Shown one piece after another: positions 12,701 to 24,873 of a stretch of DNA of 64,000 nt. The position numbers and the translations under genes are program-made. The stretch is from an uncultured Planctomycetaceae bacterium. GTDB taxonomy: Bacteria > Planctomycetota > Planctomycetia > Pirellulales > PALSA-1355. A model generated the notes under the pieces. It searched no databases. It was given only the letters and a program-made list of their open reading frames with translations, and was not told the DNA's origin. Numbering within the stretch: position 1 is the stretch's first letter; each line of letters starts with the position of its first letter. The stretch is taken from NCBI GenBank assembly GCA_963785305.1, contig CAWAUV010000007.1:2048001-2112000 (forward strand). The letters run 5' to 3'.

Positions 12701-13891
12701 TCAAGCCGCGCCGGCGGCGGCCACGACCTTCTTCGCGGCGTCGGTGAGTCCTTCGGCGGAAATAATCGCCAGCTTGCTCTCGGCCAACATCTTGCGACCT
12801 TGTTCGACTTCGGTGCCTTCGAGCCGCACGACCAGCGGCACATTGAAGCCCACGGTCTTATACGCGGCGAGAATCGCGGTGGCGATCGTGGTGCACCGCA
12901 TGATGCCGCCGAAGATGTTGACCAGCACCGCCTTCGTGTTCTTATCGTCGAGCAGAATCCGAAAGGCTTCGGTCACTTGATTGGCGTCGGCCCCGCCGCC
13001 GACATCGAGAAAGTTGGCTGGCTCGCCGCCATGCAGCTTGATGAGGTCCATGGTGCTCATGGCCAAGCCCGCGCCATTGACCAAGCAGCCGATCGATCCG
13101 TCGAGCTTCACATAAGAAAGCCCGGCCTGGGCGGCTCGCACTTCGGCCGGCTCTTCTTCCGAGAGATCGCGCAGGGCTTGTTGGTCTTTGTGGCGGAAGA
13201 GGGCGTTGTCGTCGAAGATCATCTTGGCGTCGAGCGCGATCAGTTCGCCAGCGCCGGTCACGACCAGCGGGTTGATTTCGAGCAAACTGCAATCCTGATC
13301 GACAAACACTTTGCACAGCCGCTTGAGGAAGCCTTCGGCGCCGCGAGCCGCCGGACCGGTGAGGCCAAGCCGCTGGGCGACTTTGCGAGTCTGAAAGCTT
13401 TGCAATCCGGCGTCGGGACCAAACGGCTCGTGAAAGATCTTCTCCGGCGTGTGCGCGGCGACTTCCTCGATATCCATGCCGCCCTCGCGAGACACCATCA
13501 GCACCGGTCCGGCGGCGGCCCGATCGACGACAATGCCTAGATATAGTTCGCGGGCAATGTCGCAGCCCTCTTCGACCAGCACTTGCCGCACGGTCTGCCC
13601 GGCCGGACCGGTTTGAATCGTGACCAGTTCATGGCCGAGCAGATTTTCGGCGGCCTTGGCGGCGTCGGCCGCGCTTTTGACAAGCTGCACTCCGCGCTGG
13701 CTCGCATTGCCGAGCACCGTGCCTTTGCCGCGCCCGCCCGCGTGGATTTGGGCTTTGACCACCGCCAGCTTGCCGCCCAGCGCGTCGAAGGCCGCGCCGG
13801 CTTCGGCCGACGAACGGGCCACAATGCCCCGCGGCGCCGCGACGCCAGCGTCGCGCAGGATTTGCTTCGCTTGAAATTCGTGTATTTTCAT
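12701..13891 (-). CDS. sucC: Succinyl-CoA ligase beta subunit
   Basis: [58 protein letters not shown]. Confidence 0.98.
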   Translation of the reverse strand: MKIHEFQAKQILRDAGVAAPRGIVARSSAEAGAAFDALGGKLAVVKAQIHAGGRGKGTVLGNASQRGVQLVKSAADAAKAAENLLGHELVTIQTGPAGQTVRQVLVEEGCDIARELYLGIVVDRAAAGPVLMVSREGGMDIEEVAAHTPEKIFHEPFGPDAGLQSFQTRKVAQRLGLTGPAARGAEGFLKRLCKVFVDQDCSLLEINPLVVTGAGELIALDAKMIFDDNALFRHKDQQALRDLSEEEPAEVRAAQAGLSYVKLDGSIGCLVNGAGLAMSTMDLIKLHGGEPANFLDVGGGADANQVTEAFRILLDDKNTKAVLVNIFGGIMRCTTIATAILAAYKTVGFNVPLVVRLEGTEVEQGRKMLAESKLAIISAEGLTDAAKKVVAAAGAA

Positions 13892-14019
13892 GAATTGCGC
13901 CGCTCCAAAAATTAGCAAATGTGGCCGGATTATAGGGCTTCCCGCGGCGGGTGGTCAAGCAGCGATACATTGGATCGGCTCGCGCCGTGTGCGCCTTCAT
14001 CCTCATTCGCGGTCCAAGA

Positions 14020-15747
14020 TCATGTCGGTTTCTTAATATGCGCGGCGCGAGCGATGCCCACCAGCCGCATCGTCTCGCCATCGACCACCGGAAGCACTCC
14101 ATCGGCTGCGGCGTTCAACCGCCGCCGGGCTTCGCCCGCTTCGGTCGCGGTGGTCAACGGCGTCACCGGCCGCGCTAGGTCAAACGCCGTGAGCGCCGCG
14201 GGCGGCAGCGCGTCGGGCGATGTTTGTCCGGCCAAGCCCGGGCCGATCTCGCCGACCAATTGCCCATGTTCGTCGACAACATAAAGCCGGCCCGCTGGGT
14301 CGGAGCCAGCGATGAGCGCTTGCACGACCTGCGCATAGCGGGCCGACGCGGGCACAAGCCGGCAATCGAGCAAGATCGGCGTGTCGAGGCGGGCTCGCCC
14401 GTTGTAGGGCGCGAGCTTCGCGCCAGGCGCCGGCAGCCGCGCCGTATAAAGCGAATGCGATTCCACGCGGCCCATCACCAGCATTGCCCCGACCACGGCG
14501 AGCAGCATCGGACCCATGGTCGCGTCGGTGTGCCGCGTGAGCTCCAAGATCAGCACCACGGCCGACACCGGCCCGCGGCTAGCGGCGGCGAGCACCGCGG
14601 CCGAGCCGATAATGGCGCAAGAGCCGGGCGCGAGGCCGGGCAAGAGCGGCGCGAGCCCATGACCGAGCAGGCCGCCCAGCAGCGATCCGATGGTGATCGT
14701 GGGCGTGAAAAGCCCGCCACTCGCGCCGACGGCCAGGCAGGCGACGGTGACCAAGAACTTCAGCTCGGGCAATTGACCGAAGAGCGCGAACGAGATTTCG
14801 TCGGTGTAGGCCATCTGCACCGTGTCTTTGCCGTTGCCCAAAAGCTGGGGATAGGAAATCGCGAGTGCGCCGAGTAGCCCGAGCACGACGATCGGCGCCG
14901 GAATCGCGAGCCAGCCCGCGGCGCGGTTCGTTTGCGACCAGCGCACGGTTCGCACCAGCGCCGCGGCGGCCAACCCAAACAACGGGCCGGTCACGAGACT
15001 CCAAACGACAAGCGGCGGCGACAAGGCATAGTGCGGCACGTAATAAATGGGATCGGCCGGCAACATGAGCCACGAGATCGCGGTGGCGATCACCGAAGCG
15101 GCCAGCGCCGGCAAGACGAGCGGCAAGGAGAGATCGCCGATCAGCACTTCAACGGCGAACAGCGCCCCGCCCAACGGCACATTGTACGCCGCGCCTACTC
15201 CGGCCCCGACGCCGCAAGCGACCAACAAACGGCGCCGCGGGTCGGGCATGCGACCCCAATCACCCAGCCAAGAAGCCACCGCCGCGCCAGCTTGCTTGAT
15301 CGCCGCCTCGCGGCCCAGCGAGGTTCCCAGGCCCACGATCACGATCGACACCACTGCTTCGACCATCGTGCGCGGCGGCGAAACACGGCCCGAGCGAAAC
15401 CAGATCGCGGCGTTGACCTTGACCGGCTGGCCGCCGAGGAGTCGCGGCAGCAGCTTGCCGGAGATTGCCACGATCACTCCGGCCAGCAGCAAGTTTCCGA
15501 TTCGCCGCTCGGACGACGACTTGGAAACCGCCGTGAAGTAGCTGGCCGTCTCGTAGGACCAAGCCAGATGCTCGACGCCATGCAAGAGCCGCATGAGCAT
15601 GCCGCCCGCGAGTCCCGCCCCGACGCCAGTCGCCACCACGAGCCCCCAAAACCGAGGCCGGCAATCGGGCGCGTGGCGAGCCGCGCAGTCGCTCAGGGAG
15701 CGCCCTGGCGGTTGATCGTCGGCGCGATGCGGTTTGTGCTCGGACAT
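14020..15747 (-). CDS. ClC-family chloride channel/antiporter with degenerate C-terminal CBS domain
   Basis: SLGRE, GAAYNVPLGGALFAVE, GASGGLFTP; C-terminal LPVVD..RLVGI. Confidence 0.9.
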   Translation of the reverse strand: MSEHKPHRADDQPPGRSLSDCAARHAPDCRPRFWGLVVATGVGAGLAGGMLMRLLHGVEHLAWSYETASYFTAVSKSSSERRIGNLLLAGVIVAISGKLLPRLLGGQPVKVNAAIWFRSGRVSPPRTMVEAVVSIVIVGLGTSLGREAAIKQAGAAVASWLGDWGRMPDPRRRLLVACGVGAGVGAAYNVPLGGALFAVEVLIGDLSLPLVLPALAASVIATAISWLMLPADPIYYVPHYALSPPLVVWSLVTGPLFGLAAAALVRTVRWSQTNRAAGWLAIPAPIVVLGLLGALAISYPQLLGNGKDTVQMAYTDEISFALFGQLPELKFLVTVACLAVGASGGLFTPTITIGSLLGGLLGHGLAPLLPGLAPGSCAIIGSAAVLAAASRGPVSAVVLILELTRHTDATMGPMLLAVVGAMLVMGRVESHSLYTARLPAPGAKLAPYNGRARLDTPILLDCRLVPASARYAQVVQALIAGSDPAGRLYVVDEHGQLVGEIGPGLAGQTSPDALPPAALTAFDLARPVTPLTTATEAGEARRRLNAAADGVLPVVDGETMRLVGIARAAHIKKPT

Positions 15748-15807
15748 GCCGCCAGCGTAACCGCCACGATCGGTGAAAGGAAAGGGCCAACGGGCACACG
15801 ACGCCGA

Positions 15808-17151
15808 TCACGGCGATGATGTCGTATTCGCGGTGGTTGTCGACGAAGCGGCGCTCGCCGCGCTCGTGGCAAAGTTCGAGACGCTGGCGGTCGTGGTCGT
15901 GGTTCGCGCCGCTTTGGCGCCCTTATAAGCATCCACCGCTCCAAGCGCGCCGGCCAGCGGGTTCGCCGAGGTGGCCGCCGTCGCGGCGGGCGCCGAGCTC
16001 GAGGCGATATTATTCCACTGCTGGCTGCCAAGCGAATTGTTCATGGTGGTCGATGTTTTGAACGCGTTGCTCGGCGTCGATCCCGAGTCGGCGCCGCTAT
16101 TCGAGTTCGAGTTATTCGCGGCGCCGTTTCCAATCGTCGGCGGCGACACGGTATTCGTCGTGGGCGCTCCCGCGGCGGGCGGCGCCGACGCGGGCGCCGC
16201 CGATGGAAACGCTGCCGCGGGAGGCGCTGCCGCGGGAGATGCTCCCGGCGCGGGCGACGTTTCGACATGCGTCGCTTGTTGCACGCCATCGACCGGCGGC
16301 AGCGGCGCGGGCTGGCCGGCGCTGGGCGCCGCGGATTGCGCCGTCGTCGAGGATGCGGGACCGATCGGTCCGGCCGGTTTGTTGAAGCTTGCATTTTGCG
16401 AGACGTGCGCCGGCTCGATCCCCGGATCGGGCTTCGCCAGGGGAATTTGCACTTTGTCGCCGGCGAAGCGGGTGCCATTGTAGATCGAGCCGCGCTGGAT
16501 CGGCCCGGCGCCGAAGATCCATACATCCTTCGCTTTGCTCACGACCTGATGCGCGCCGGACTGCCAGATCGGATAGCCCTGGTCGCGGTGGTAGGCAAAC
16601 ACCGCCACTTTGCACACGCCTTGCTGGGCGGTGCGCTTGATGAGCGAGATTTCGGGAATGCTCGACGGAATACCGGTCATGGCGCCGCCGGTGGGCAAGG
16701 TCGTGGCCGGCACGCCCACCAGCACATCGGCCCGATTGGTGCCCAAGGCGCCGGCGCGAATTTCGACCACGAACTCGGCCTCATCGAGTTTGTCCTTGAT
16801 CACCACGCCGCTGGCGAGCATGTGCTGGCGAAGCGTGCTGTAGAGATAGCGATCGTCGACTTCCCCCGCCACATAGCGGTTATCGAGAAAAATTGTCTTG
16901 CTGGCGAGCGGGGTGAAGTCGATTTGGCTGACGGCGCGATCGATCGCGTCGGACATGAGCAACTGTTCGGTCGCGGTGCGCGATGTATCGCTCCAGCGCG
17001 TGGTGCCGCAGCCCGCGAGCAGCGCGAGGGCCCCCACCGCGCTCGCCGCGGCGAGCGCTCTGCGCAGCCTCCCACGGAGCGGCCGAGAGGTTTCGCCGCC
17101 GCGAGGATCGGAAGCCGGCCGCGTCGCGGCGCGAAGCATGGAGATTTGCAT
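15808..17151 (-). CDS. DUF6655-like lipoprotein with low-complexity Pro/Ala/Thr/Ser tail
   Basis: Lipobox LLAGC followed by GTTRWSDTSRTATEQLLMSDAIDRAV. Start codon uncertain (17151 or 17139). Confidence 0.7.
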   Translation of the reverse strand: MQISMLRAATRPASDPRGGETSRPLRGRLRRALAAASAVGALALLAGCGTTRWSDTSRTATEQLLMSDAIDRAVSQIDFTPLASKTIFLDNRYVAGEVDDRYLYSTLRQHMLASGVVIKDKLDEAEFVVEIRAGALGTNRADVLVGVPATTLPTGGAMTGIPSSIPEISLIKRTAQQGVCKVAVFAYHRDQGYPIWQSGAHQVVSKAKDVWIFGAGPIQRGSIYNGTRFAGDKVQIPLAKPDPGIEPAHVSQNASFNKPAGPIGPASSTTAQSAAPSAGQPAPLPPVDGVQQATHVETSPAPGASPAAAPPAAAFPSAAPASAPPAAGAPTTNTVSPPTIGNGAANNSNSNSGADSGSTPSNAFKTSTTMNNSLGSQQWNNIASSSAPAATAATSANPLAGALGAVDAYKGAKAARTTTTTASVSNFATSAASAASSTTTANTTSSP

Positions 17152-17419
17152 ACGCTCGAAAAAAGGCGGACCGGTCTGACACGAGGAACTCGAGCCTGGA
17201 GCTCGAGCCCCAGGGTCGGAAAAGCGCGGCCGAGTATAGGGATTGCCGCTCGACGACCCAAGACGGATCGCGCTTTGCGCCGCGCGGCATTGCAAGCATT
17301 GCAACTTGCGAAATGGCCTTGTACCGCCGTTGCCCGCGGCCTCATGCCGGCGCGTAGCGGGCGCCGGCGCAAGCACGACGCTCGGCCACTGGACCGCATT
17401 TGCTCGCGGCCCGCGGCGG

Positions 17420-19670
17420 TTATGGGCCGGTGGCGGAGGTGGCGGCCGGATCGGCGGCGGCCGCGGCGCCTTGGCCGTTGCTTTCATCGCCGTAGAAGAG
17501 CGTGGTCTCCTCGGCCGAAAGCTTGAGCATCGGTGATTGGCAGGCGACTTCGGCGCGGAACACATGGTTGCCGCTGGCTTCGGCCTTGGCGTGAATCTTG
17601 ATTACGAGCTCTGCGCCCGGCGCCAGCGATGGCAGGGTCTTGAAGGCGACCTGACCGCGACCGATTTCATGCAAGGCGCCTTCGACCCGCACCGCCTCGA
17701 GCCCTTCGGTGAAAAACGCCAACATATCCACGCCCTCGGCGCTCTTGGTGCCGCGATTGCGCACCGTGACTTCATATACCGCGTCGTCGCCCACGGCCAC
17801 GGGACCTTGTGGATCGCGGATTTCCAGTTTGAGATCGGCCACGGCGTCGACCCGAGTTATCCCAGCGGCTTGGACGACCTGTTCGTCGCTCGAAGTGGCC
17901 GCGACCTGCAGGCGGTTTTCGCCAGCGGCTTGGAGCACGCAATGCACTTCGATCGCGCGCTCGGCGCCGGCCGGCAATGAGCCGAGATTCCAGACGACTT
18001 TGCCCTGGGCCGCGTCGACCTTGCCGCCGACAGCGCCCGAGATGTATTTGGCTTGGGCGGGCAGCATGGTCGTGAGCACGACATTTTCAGCCGTGGCGTT
18101 GCCGGCGTTGCCGACGACGATCGAATAGGTGGCGGCGGTTCCGGCGAACTTGATTCGCGGCGCTTGGACGATCGCTTTGAGATTCGCCCTGCGAACGACG
18201 ACCTGCTCGACGGCGCTTGCCTCGAGCCCGCCATCGGCCGTGGCTTCGGCCTTGATGCTGAGCATGCCGCTTTGTCGCGCGGTGAGCTCGACTTCGATCG
18301 TCTTGCTTTGACCGGGACGGAGCGTGCCGAGGCGGCGACTGGCGGCGGCGTCGGTCGAACGTCCCATCGGCAGGAGGCTCACGGTCACATTTTCCGCGTC
18401 GCCATTGCCAGGATTGGTGATGTTGATTTTGTAGATCTTCGATTGGCCGTAGAGAATCTCACTGGGGCCGGAGAGACTCATCGTGAGCTGCGGCTCTTGC
18501 ACTTCGACCAGGGTTTGCGAAGCGTCGGGCGCGGCCGCCCATTGCATCGCCAATTCGATCGGCAGGCTCTTGCGCGGCACGAGCTTCAGGGTGAGCGTCT
18601 CCTTGGCCCGCGGCTCGACCCGCGCAATTTGCCACTTGAGCATCGTCGACTCCGCCGGAGCGGCTGGATTCTGCACATTGCCGTTCGACGCGTGGCTCGA
18701 GAGCACATCGACGTGGCCGGGAACCGCGATCGCCACGACCACGCCATTGGCCGGACTTTCGCTCGAATTCCGCAACCGGATCGTGAACACCGCCTCTTTA
18801 CCCACGGTGATCGCCTTGGGGCCCAGTGTCTCGACCGCGAGCGAGGCGCTCTGGCCCGCGATCAGCACCCCGTCGGAGGTGGCACGCTTGCTGGCGCCGG
18901 CTTCTTCCCAAGTTTTGGTTTTTGCCGCGGTGCTCGAATGCGCGAGCGGCTCGGGCTTGATTTCGGGTTTCGGCTCGGGTTTGGGCTCGAGCCGCGCGAC
19001 GCGAGGGGCGATCGGTTGCGGAAACGCCTCGGCCGGAGCGATGTCGTCGCTTCGTTCGTCGAGATCGCCATCGCGAGCAATGCTCGCGGGTTGCCTGGCC
19101 GCGCCGACCGCAATCGGATTGAGCGCCGAACCGAACCGCTGGCCGACGCGCGGCGCCGAGTCGTCGCTGCCCACGCGGCGAGCGCTCGCGCGGCGCGTAT
19201 CGTCGGAAGCCTCGAACTCCTCGATGATTTTCGACGAACGCGAAGAAGCCGTGGGGCTGCTCTTCAGTCGCGATTGGGGCGCCGGCGAATCGTCGTCGTT
19301 TTCCGGGGTTGGCGGCGGAAGCGGCATGTCATCGCTCAAGTTCCGCGGTGGCGCCGGCGGAGCGTTCGGCCGTGTTTGCGTGGTTTGCGAACCGTTGAAA
19401 TGCGTTCGCGGAGCCGACGACGGCGCGTACGATTGTCCGTAGTTCGGTCGCTGCGCGGTGCGGATCGGCTGCTGCGTGTATCGCGGCGCGGCGGGCGTCG
19501 GCTGCGGATCGCCGCCTCCGCCGAGCAGGTCCTGACGAAACTGCTGCAATCGCTGGCCCAAGGTCGGTGGCGCCGGCGGACTATCGGACTGAGCCCGAGT
19601 CGCTGCTCGCCACCATACCAAACAGTGTGACCGCCGAAATTGCAAGCAATAGCTGGCGCAGCATGGACAT
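17420..19670 (-). CDS. Secreted DUF11/OmcB-like Ig-repeat protein (signal peptide frameshifted)
   Basis: Repeated GP..vG...Y.i.v.N.G...AENV modules. Signal peptide MSMLRQLLLAISAVTLFG lies in an adjacent frame upstream of a Pro-rich region. Confidence 0.75.
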
Positions 19671-20216
19671 GATTCCGCAAGGGGAACAATTCATTTGTCG
19701 ACTCCGCGACTCTTTTATCGACCGATCGACTTTGCGGATTAAATGAGCTTGTCGTGAAAATCCCAGATTTTTCATCGTGCTGGAAAAATGAATAAGACAG
19801 GCGAAATGCGTCCGCGTGCAAGCAGCAGCCATGCGGTCGTCCCGCGCTCGCTTCGCGGCCAGAGTGCGGCGCCCTCGTGACAAGGAGCTCGCGTTGCGAC
19901 GCCGCGCGGCGACGGCGACGCGCATGCTTTGAGGAACGAAATAAAGACAACTCCTGGTTTGTTCGCCCCCCATTGTCCTCTTCCGCCAAGGGAAGGAGGG
20001 TTTATCGATAAGGTATTTTGAGTCCGTTGCGGAGTACGTTGTTTTGCGAGCCGCGACGCGCTTTTGCTCCGTGCTGGGCGAGATGGAACCAGGAATTATC
20101 ACGAACTCGCGACATCGGCACGCGGGTTGCATTCGGCAGGCGGCGACGCGAGCCTCTCCTTTGTTCGGGGCGCGGAGCGTCGGATTTCTTGGCAGTGTTT
20201 CGGGAAAGCCGGTTTT

Positions 20217-21509
20217 ATGTTGCAAGACGACTCGTTCGCCGTCGAGCCTGCCGTGGTCGCGCGGAAGCCACGCTTCGAGCTCCGGCCCGAGTCGGCGCCC
20301 GAAGCGCGATCGATCTCGCGTCAGAGCAAGATTGGGCTCAACGCAGCCAATTTCTTTTTGGCCGAGATCACGGGTGTCGTCTTGCCCTTTCTGGCGCATA
20401 TTTTCAGGGCCGCGGTTGGACCGAGGACCAGATCGGCGATGCGATCGGCGTGGCCGGACTCGGCGTGCTACTGCTCCAAACGCCGGCGGGGCTCATCGTC
20501 GATCGTCTCAGGAGTCGCCGAGCGCTCCTGGCCGCGGCGTCGCTCGCGATTGGGCTCGGCTACGGGCTTCTGCCGCTTGTCGAGCCGGCGGCTCGTTGGG
20601 TCGATCCACTATTATTCTCCGCTGGCGCGGCGCAGGCATTTTTTTTGCCGCTCTTGGGCGCCCTTGCTTTGGGACTCGTGGGCCACGCGGGTTTGAATCG
20701 CATGATGGGCGCCAATCAGTCATGGAATCATGCCGGCAACTTGGCCGCCGCGCTGTTGGCGATGGCGATCGTGGGCATTTGGGGGGTGGCGTCGATCTTC
20801 TTCGCCGTGGCCGTCGTCTCGCTCTTCGCCGCGGGAAGCGTGTTTTTGATCCGCCGCGACGATGTCGACGAGCAACGCGCCAGCGGCGCGGCCTCGGGCG
20901 CCGGCGGCGGCTTGCGCCAGCTCGCGCGCGACCGGCGCGTGTGGGCGCTGCTCGCGGCCACGGCGCTGTTCGATCTGGCGATGCGCCGGTCATGCCATTT
21001 TTGGCGCTTATATCAAGCAGCTTCACGGCAACGACAAACAGGTGGCCGCCATTGTGCTTGTGGCTCAGGCGGTGATGATTCCGGTGGCGATGGCCGCCGG
21101 CCGACTGGTCGATCGCTGGGGCCGGAAGCCGGTGTTTGCCATCGGCTTTATCGCGCTGCCGCTACGCATCGTGCTCTATTCGCTCACGAGCGATCCGTGG
21201 ACACTCGTCGTGCTCCAAACGCTCGACGGCATCGGGGCCGGAATCTACGGAGTGGCGATCGTGGCGATGTGCGCCGACCTGACTCGCGGTCGCGGCGGCT
21301 TCAACACGCTCTCGGGCCTCATGGCCACGGCGCTCGCCATTGGCGGAGCGATCGGCCCGTTCATCGCGGGTCGCGTCGCCGGCCGGCTCGGGTATAACGG
21401 TTTCTTCCATGTGTTCGCAACTATCGCGGTGCTGGCGGCCCTCGTGTTTCTTTGCTTCGTGCCCGAGACAGCGCCGCGATCGCAAGAAAGGGTCCATGTT
21501 CTTCGATGA
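20217..21509 (+). CDS. MFS transporter (two frameshifts)
   Basis: GLNAANFFLAEITG, QTPAGLIVDR, NQSWNHAGN, AGRLVDRWGRKP, QTLDGIGAG across three frames. Confidence 0.85.
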
Positions 21510-22783
21510 ATTTCGTCGTGATTCCGACCTGGATTATTTTTCTAGCGACCTACGCCGGGCTCGCCTTGGGCAAGGTTCCCGGCTTGCGGATGGATCGGGC
21601 CGGCATCGCGCTGGTGGGGGCCACCTTGATGCTCACGACCGGCGTGCTCGGCTTCGACGAAGCGGTCTCCGGCCGGTCGATCGACTTCAAGACGCTATTC
21701 CTGCTGTTTGGCATGATGGTGGTGGTCGGCGTCCTCCGCATCTCGGGCTTCTTCGAGCGGCTCACCGCCGCCGCGCTCGAGCGCATCTCCTCGCCGCGGG
21801 GCCTGCTGGCAATGACGATCGGCCTCTCGGGAGTGCTCTCGGCCTTTTTGATCAACGATGTGGTTTGCGTGGCGCTCACGCCGCTGGTGCTGCGGCTTGC
21901 GCGGCGCATGAAGTTCGACCCCACGCCGCATATGATCGGGCTCGCCACCGCGGCCAATATCGGCTCGACCGGCACAATCACAGGCAATCCGCAAAACATC
22001 TATATCGGCGCGCATTCGGGCATCAGCTACCCGCGCTTCGCCGCGCGTCTGATGCCGATTGCCATCGTGTGTCTCGTGATCAATTTCCTGGTGGTGGCGG
22101 TGGTGTTTCGAAGTCGACTCTCGGCGAAGCGCGGGCCGCAAGAATCGAATGACGACGCGCGGGCGAGATCCAACAAGAGCAGCCACTCGCGACGCGACGG
22201 CCGCTTTCGCCGCTTGCAACGCAAGGCGGTGCTCGTGACGCTCGCCGCGATCGGGCTTTTTTTCACCGGGCTCCCGCTGGAGCTGGTCGCCCTGGGGGCG
22301 GCGGCCATTATGCTGCTCGATCGGATCAATCCGCGAAAGATTTATCGCGAGATCGACTGGAGCCTACTCATCATGTTCACCGGTCTGTTTATCGTGGTGC
22401 ATGCGTTTCAGATCCATGTGGTCGATCATTGGAGGATTTCAACCTGGACTTGGCTATTGGATCGGCCCACGGACATGCTGAGCCTCGTTTCGGCGGGCTT
22501 GTCGAATGTGGTCAGCAATGTGCCGGCGGTGCTGTTGCTCGAGCCGGTGGTCCAGGCGATGCCGAGCGCCTCGCGCGAATCCGGCTGGCTCGCGCTCGCG
22601 ATGTCGAGCACGCTGGCGGGCAATCTCACGGTGCTGGGCTCGGTGGCGAACTTGATCGTGGTGGAAATCGCAAGCCGCGAGGGGACGACGGTTTCCCTGT
22701 GGGACTATTGCAAAGTCGGCGTTCCGCTCACGCTCATCACGCTCGCCGTGGGCATCGGCTGGCTCACTTTCGCGCATTACTGA
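21506..22783 (+). CDS. ArsB/NhaD/CitM-like anion permease (YbiR-like)
   Basis: RMDRAGIALVGA, LSAFLIND, ANIGSTGTITGNPQN, SNVVSNVPAV, STLAGNLTVLGSVANLIV. ATGA overlap with the MFS stop. Confidence 0.9.
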   Translation: MNFVVIPTWIIFLATYAGLALGKVPGLRMDRAGIALVGATLMLTTGVLGFDEAVSGRSIDFKTLFLLFGMMVVVGVLRISGFFERLTAAALERISSPRGLLAMTIGLSGVLSAFLINDVVCVALTPLVLRLARRMKFDPTPHMIGLATAANIGSTGTITGNPQNIYIGAHSGISYPRFAARLMPIAIVCLVINFLVVAVVFRSRLSAKRGPQESNDDARARSNKSSHSRRDGRFRRLQRKAVLVTLAAIGLFFTGLPLELVALGAAAIMLLDRINPRKIYREIDWSLLIMFTGLFIVVHAFQIHVVDHWRISTWTWLLDRPTDMLSLVSAGLSNVVSNVPAVLLLEPVVQAMPSASRESGWLALAMSSTLAGNLTVLGSVANLIVVEIASREGTTVSLWDYCKVGVPLTLITLAVGIGWLTFAHY

Positions 22784-22896
22784 TTGCTTGCATGCAAGCT
22801 TGGCGATTGCAGGCATCGCTGCTTGCGAATGAAAGTCGCCGGGCCATCCGAAACGCGAATTGCCGCAAGTTAACAGGGAAGTATCGCAAGTATCGC

Positions 22897-24614
22897 GGGA
22901 CCAGTTCAGCTTATGCGGCGGTGGCGAGGGGGGTGGAGCGGCGGTGGAAGGGGTGGCCGGGGCGTTGCGAGAGGTAGTCCTTGAGCCGGCCGTCGTCGCT
23001 GAGGGCGGCGGCGCGGAGCTGCAAGATCGCTTCCGCTCCGTCGGGATCGTCCCAGAACATTTCGGTCCCTTTCACGCGCAGGTTCATCTGTTTGATCAGC
23101 GACTCCATCGGCGCGCTGGTGACCGGCAGGCCCAGGCGGCGATAGCTGGGATAGTCCATCCGCTGGCGATTGTTCGTCAAGTACCGCACGGCGTCGACGA
23201 GCGGTTTCTCCGCGTCACTGGGTTTCGTATCTTCCCAGTCGATGCCCCGGGCGAGGCAGGCTTGCTTGATCTCGTCGATCACGTGATCGACCTGGCCTTG
23301 CCAGCACCAGGTGACGAACTTTAGATAGAGCGACCAACCCTCCGCATCGTTGGCGGCCAGCGCCAGCGCCGCGCGGTAAACGTATTGAATCGCATGAATG
23401 AAGTCGAGGACGGGCGTGAACGTCGGAAAATGTTTTTTCCAGATCGACCAGTTCCAGTTCAGGCCATCACCGAGGAAGACCCGTAAAGGAGAATCGTAGA
23501 ACCGGCGCCGCTGGGCTTCGCGCCGCATCAGCGGGCCGAAATCCTCCGAGCAGGACATACTGCTCAGCGCCGTGCGCAGCACTGCGCCGCGGGCCTTCGT
23601 ACTTCACGCGGCGGGGTTTCTCGGCGGCGGATTCTTCGCCGGGTGAATCGAGGCGGGGAACCGCTTTTTCCGCGATATTCGCCACTTTTTTCGCGATGCG
23701 AAAGGAAGTCGGCAACTCGGGGCAAGCGTCTTCGTCCGCGACATGCCGCGGGTTGAGAGACATTCGCTCGAACGAAGCGTTCTTCGTTTCGCGCCAGCCT
23801 TTCTCGCCCGACGGCACGACGCCGCGTCCCCGGCCCGGCTCGCGCGTGCGAATGCGGCCGCCGTCGCAAGAGACCACCGCCGCTTCCGGCACGACGACTT
23901 CCTTGACGACTTTTTTATTGTCGCTGGGCGCCGGCAGTGCCTTCCCGTCGGCCAGTTCCTGGCCCACCTGTTTCACCAAACGCCGAATCGTGCTGCAGGG
24001 AACTTTGTGTCCCAGCACTTGCTCGGTGGTCACTTCCGCGCGCTTGAACGAACGGACTTCCGCGGCTAGGCAGACCACGGCTCGCGTCAACTCGGGCGTG
24101 ACCTCGCGGCTATCGAGTCCCAACGTCAACCGCTGAGGGAAAAAAAGACCGCCGGCAGCGGTCGCAGTAAGCGGTCGTCTCGGTCACCTCGACCCGGCCA
24201 TCCAGGCTGGTGACCGGCCTCGTTGCGGTTTGCACGCGGCACGACGCTCCGCAGGTGGGGCAGTTCGCTTCCGTCGGGCAGCTCGCGGCGACTTCACGCA
24301 TCGCTCGCTCTTGGGCTTCACGGCTCAACTCGCGGCCGAGCGTGATAGCATACCGCTCGATGACGCTATAGTGCGGCGTGCCGAGGAACGCCCCCTGCTC
24401 GACCATCTCCTCGATTCCCAGTTCGGCCAGTTCCCGCAAAAGTTCCTTCCTCCTGGCCTCGCGGGCCTGCATCGCGGCGTCCATGCCTAGCGCTCCTTAA
24501 GCAAGTTTCGTTCACCGATCAAATCCACCTCGCCCAGCTTACCACAGAAACCCCGAATTCTCCTATTGACGTTTCCACATCCACCCCCCAACCCGCAAAA
24601 GCTGAACTGGTCCC
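22897..24614 (-). mobile_element. IS element, ISKra4-like family
   Basis: 22-bp terminal inverted repeats GGGACCAGTTCAGCTT(A/T)TGCGG with 1 mismatch; AAGTATCG direct repeats on both flanks. Confidence 0.85.
22911..24484 (-). CDS. ISKra4-like DDE transposase; probable programmed frameshift at TTTTTTTCCC (~24137-24146), extra frameshift near 23580
   Basis: CPTCG..CDRCRRSFFP, VSCDGG, FLGDGLNWNW, LDFIHA, YLTNN..RMDYPSYR..GLPVTSAPMESLIKQ..R.KG..MFW. Confidence 0.85.
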
Positions 24615-24873
24615 AAGTATCGAAGTATCGCGGAATCGCGAGAGCGCTCTGGCGCCAGGGAGCGGCTTGCGGTAGTTTTCCGCTCCCCGCGATGGCGCCA
24701 GCGTGACGAAATTTTTTGACCCCCGGCGCCGCCAACCGTTGGAGAATTTCCCTCCGGCCGTTCGATGAAGCATGGATAGGGCGCGTGCGTTCACGGCGGT
24801 TTCGCCTCCCGCGCGGCAAGAGGCCGGCGGATGCTTTTTTCATTCCCCCCAAAGGGAAGGGATTCCCCCGCGT

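Noticed and set aside
19680..20210. Long intergenic regions (also 27700-28310) as possible ncRNA or riboswitch
   Set aside because: No tRNA, rRNA or riboswitch consensus recognisable by eye; an Rfam/Infernal scan would be needed.
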